This document shows, in pieces, positions 35,369 through 37,424 of a stretch of DNA of 37,424 nucleotides. The notes below the pieces were generated by a model that saw nothing but the letters and a program-made list of their open reading frames with translations, had not been told where the DNA came from and ran no database searches. The position numbers were made by a program, and so were the translations under genes. The number at the start of each line of letters is the position of its first letter. Position 1 is the first letter of the stretch. This stretch comes from a virus (lineage: Duplodnaviria; Caudoviricetes), in the IMG/VR virus record IMGVR_UViG_3300017988_000011, positions 1 to 37,424 of that record. One strand, written 5' to 3'.

Positions 35369-36853
35369 ATGGGAGGATCAGGCTTAGGAGCTATTTTCGG
35401 AGGTCTTTTGCAAGGCTATGCGGAGCCTGCCCTAAAGAAACAAGCAACCGAACAAATGGAAGCGTTCCAGATGAAGCAGGCGAGAATACGTAACGCCATG
35501 CAAATCTTGAATACCCCTGGACTGAGTGACCAAGCCTATCAGCAGGCTGAACAGGACTATTCTGAGGCTTTGTCAGCGGGTAAAGGGAAAAAGAAAGACA
35601 GTATGGGTTTGATTCCTACCCTTCGGGTTTTGGGTAAGATACTGCCTAAGGGTGGCCCCGAGGTGGGGGACAAAACAGGCTCTCTTCCTCCTACACCAAA
35701 GGCACAAGGTATGGGTTCGCCCCCAGGCCCACCACAGGCCGTAGGTGGGCAACCACAGGGCATGGGTCAAATTCCCGGCCCTCATGGTATCACGGGGCCA
35801 TTGCCAGCTCCGTTTGCGGGAAGCCAAGGTAAGCAGCAGGCGCAAATCCAAGAAGCCTCGCAGAGCGTCGAATCCGCCATCAAGGGGCTTCCACCCGATT
35901 TGCAGAATGAGGCTCGCAGTGTATTCAAGGCGCAAGCAGCAGTGGGGAAGCCGGAACAGGGCATACAGGACGCCTTTCAGGTGGTGCAGAAGTACCGCGC
36001 ATTGACCGATGAGGAAAAGGTTATCAAGGACAAGAACGACGCGGCAATCCAAGCGCAGAAGCAGCAATTCGAGGAATCTTCGCGTGAGGCTGATTCACTT
36101 GGTTTGCAAGGGGCAGACCGCGCCAATTACATTGCGGGGCGGGAATTGATTAAGACGGCAACCGGGGGCAAGCCTAGCGAGGAAGATAAGGCGATTTCCG
36201 ATTATCTCGCGGCTCATGGACTCAAGGAAACACCGGGGAACAGAAACAGCGCGAGGATTGCCCTCAAAGCGGCGGAAAGGGCTCCCGAGAAACCTTCAGC
36301 GGAAGATAAGGCGGTGTCAGACCACCTCGCGGCGGCTGGCTTGCCCGATACGCCCGCGAACCGCGACAAGGCGCGGGTAGAGCTTGCCCAAGGCAAGAGC
36401 GCAGCGCGGGCGGAAGGGACGCAACAGGCGAAGGAGACTCAAGGGCTTAAGGACATAGTATCGGCGGCTGACGAAGCCAAGGACTTGCAAAAGGCGGGTG
36501 ACGCCGGAAACTCTGAGGCTGACGTTGCGCTGACACTCGCCTACTTCAAGGTAATGAAGGGAACGGCAGGTGCGGGAATCCGTTTCACCACCGCCGAACA
36601 GAACATGATTACAGGCGCAAGGAGCCTGTCAGAAGCCTTGGAAGTCAAGGGCAATAAGGTTTTCGCCAATGGTCAACCGCTCTCGAAGCAACAGCGCCAG
36701 CGCATTGTTGACACGATGCAGATTGCGGCAAAGGCGGCACAACGGCAGGGTCAGGGCGGAATGAGCAACCCTCCCGGCATGAACGATGCGAAACCCATCA
36801 AGACCGCCGATGACTTGATGAATAAGTACAATATTTCTCCGACAGGTCCGTAA
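35369..36853 (+). CDS. putative internal virion/ejection protein
   Basis: GLGAIFGGLLQGY N-terminus; Gln/Ala helical; 40-aa-period internal repeat. Confidence 0.6.
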   Translation: MGGSGLGAIFGGLLQGYAEPALKKQATEQMEAFQMKQARIRNAMQILNTPGLSDQAYQQAEQDYSEALSAGKGKKKDSMGLIPTLRVLGKILPKGGPEVGDKTGSLPPTPKAQGMGSPPGPPQAVGGQPQGMGQIPGPHGITGPLPAPFAGSQGKQQAQIQEASQSVESAIKGLPPDLQNEARSVFKAQAAVGKPEQGIQDAFQVVQKYRALTDEEKVIKDKNDAAIQAQKQQFEESSREADSLGLQGADRANYIAGRELIKTATGGKPSEEDKAISDYLAAHGLKETPGNRNSARIALKAAERAPEKPSAEDKAVSDHLAAAGLPDTPANRDKARVELAQGKSAARAEGTQQAKETQGLKDIVSAADEAKDLQKAGDAGNSEADVALTLAYFKVMKGTAGAGIRFTTAEQNMITGARSLSEALEVKGNKVFANGQPLSKQQRQRIVDTMQIAAKAAQRQGQGGMSNPPGMNDAKPIKTADDLMNKYNISPTGP

Positions 36854-37424
36854 TGGCCGACAACGACGCACAAATCGCAGCGGCAATTCAAGACCCCGCG
36901 TTCGTCAACCTCCCGATGCAAGAGAAGCGGAAGTTCATGCTCAGGGTGTCGCCGGAATTCCGCGCCTTGCCGATTCCTGAGCAATCGAAGTTCATTGTGA
37001 ATCTGTCATCTCCGAAAACCTTGAAGCAACCGGAAGATATGGGAGTCATCAAGGGGGCCGCGTCGGAAATAGCGAGTTTTGCTGGCGAACCACCGAAAAC
37101 GATTGGCGAATCCGTGAAGCAAGGCTTTGTGGCAGGGATAGACCCTACGGGCATTGTCCGCGCCGGGGCATCTCAACTTCCCTTGATAGGGCGTTCGCTC
37201 AAAGAAGAATATGAGGCTATTCGTCACCCCCTGACTCCCCAACCCCTGCAAGGACTCCACACTGCAGAGGCAATGGTTCCCATCGCTGGCCAGATGGCGG
37301 CGAACCTCGAAGATAAACCATTGGGTGAGGCTACAGGGCGCGGCATTGTAGACATCGGGGCCATCGCCAGCAGTGAGTTTGGGAGATTCTTCAAGGCAAG
37401 CGGTGTACCGCCAGAGGAAATGAC
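36853..37424 (+). CDS. 5' part of a putative large ejection protein (MADNDAQIAAAIQDPAF...), truncated by the window edge
   Basis: TAATG coupling; no stop found when reading the frame; absent from the ORF track, consistent with no stop inside the window. Confidence 0.65.
   Translation, partial: MADNDAQIAAAIQDPAFVNLPMQEKRKFMLRVSPEFRALPIPEQSKFIVNLSSPKTLKQPEDMGVIKGAASEIASFAGEPPKTIGESVKQGFVAGIDPTGIVRAGASQLPLIGRSLKEEYEAIRHPLTPQPLQGLHTAEAMVPIAGQMAANLEDKPLGEATGRGIVDIGAIASSEFGRFFKASGVPPEEM

Overview
The window is a 37-kb stretch of a tailed dsDNA phage or prophage, probably a podovirus. No integrase, lysis genes or genome ends are visible. 1-5250 (- strand) is an early operon: a small RHH-like regulator, Ala- and Gly-repeat proteins, a putative ssDNA-annealing protein, a Cas4/RecB-like nuclease and a VRR-NUC nuclease. 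Divergent sigma70-type promoters at about 5257-5342 lead into a + strand replication module (DUF1376/YdaU-like initiator plus putative helicase loader). About 6900-11250 is an accessory region containing a truncated DNA methyltransferase, a ~740-nt poorly coding block that folds into deeply nested helices on the - strand (candidate large ncRNA, the most novel signal), an IS1595-family element with passenger ORFs, a second structured non-coding block and an HNH gene. From about 11280 to the end (+ strand) lie small genes, the terminase, tRNA-Lys(CUU), portal, scaffold, a free-standing LAGLIDADG endonuclease, major capsid, and expanded Ser/Thr-rich virion paralogs with an embedded methyltransferase and glycosyltransferase. 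These are followed by adaptors, a tail nozzle, a GNAT-like protein and ejection-type proteins. All product calls come from motif recognition and gene order; no database search was run.
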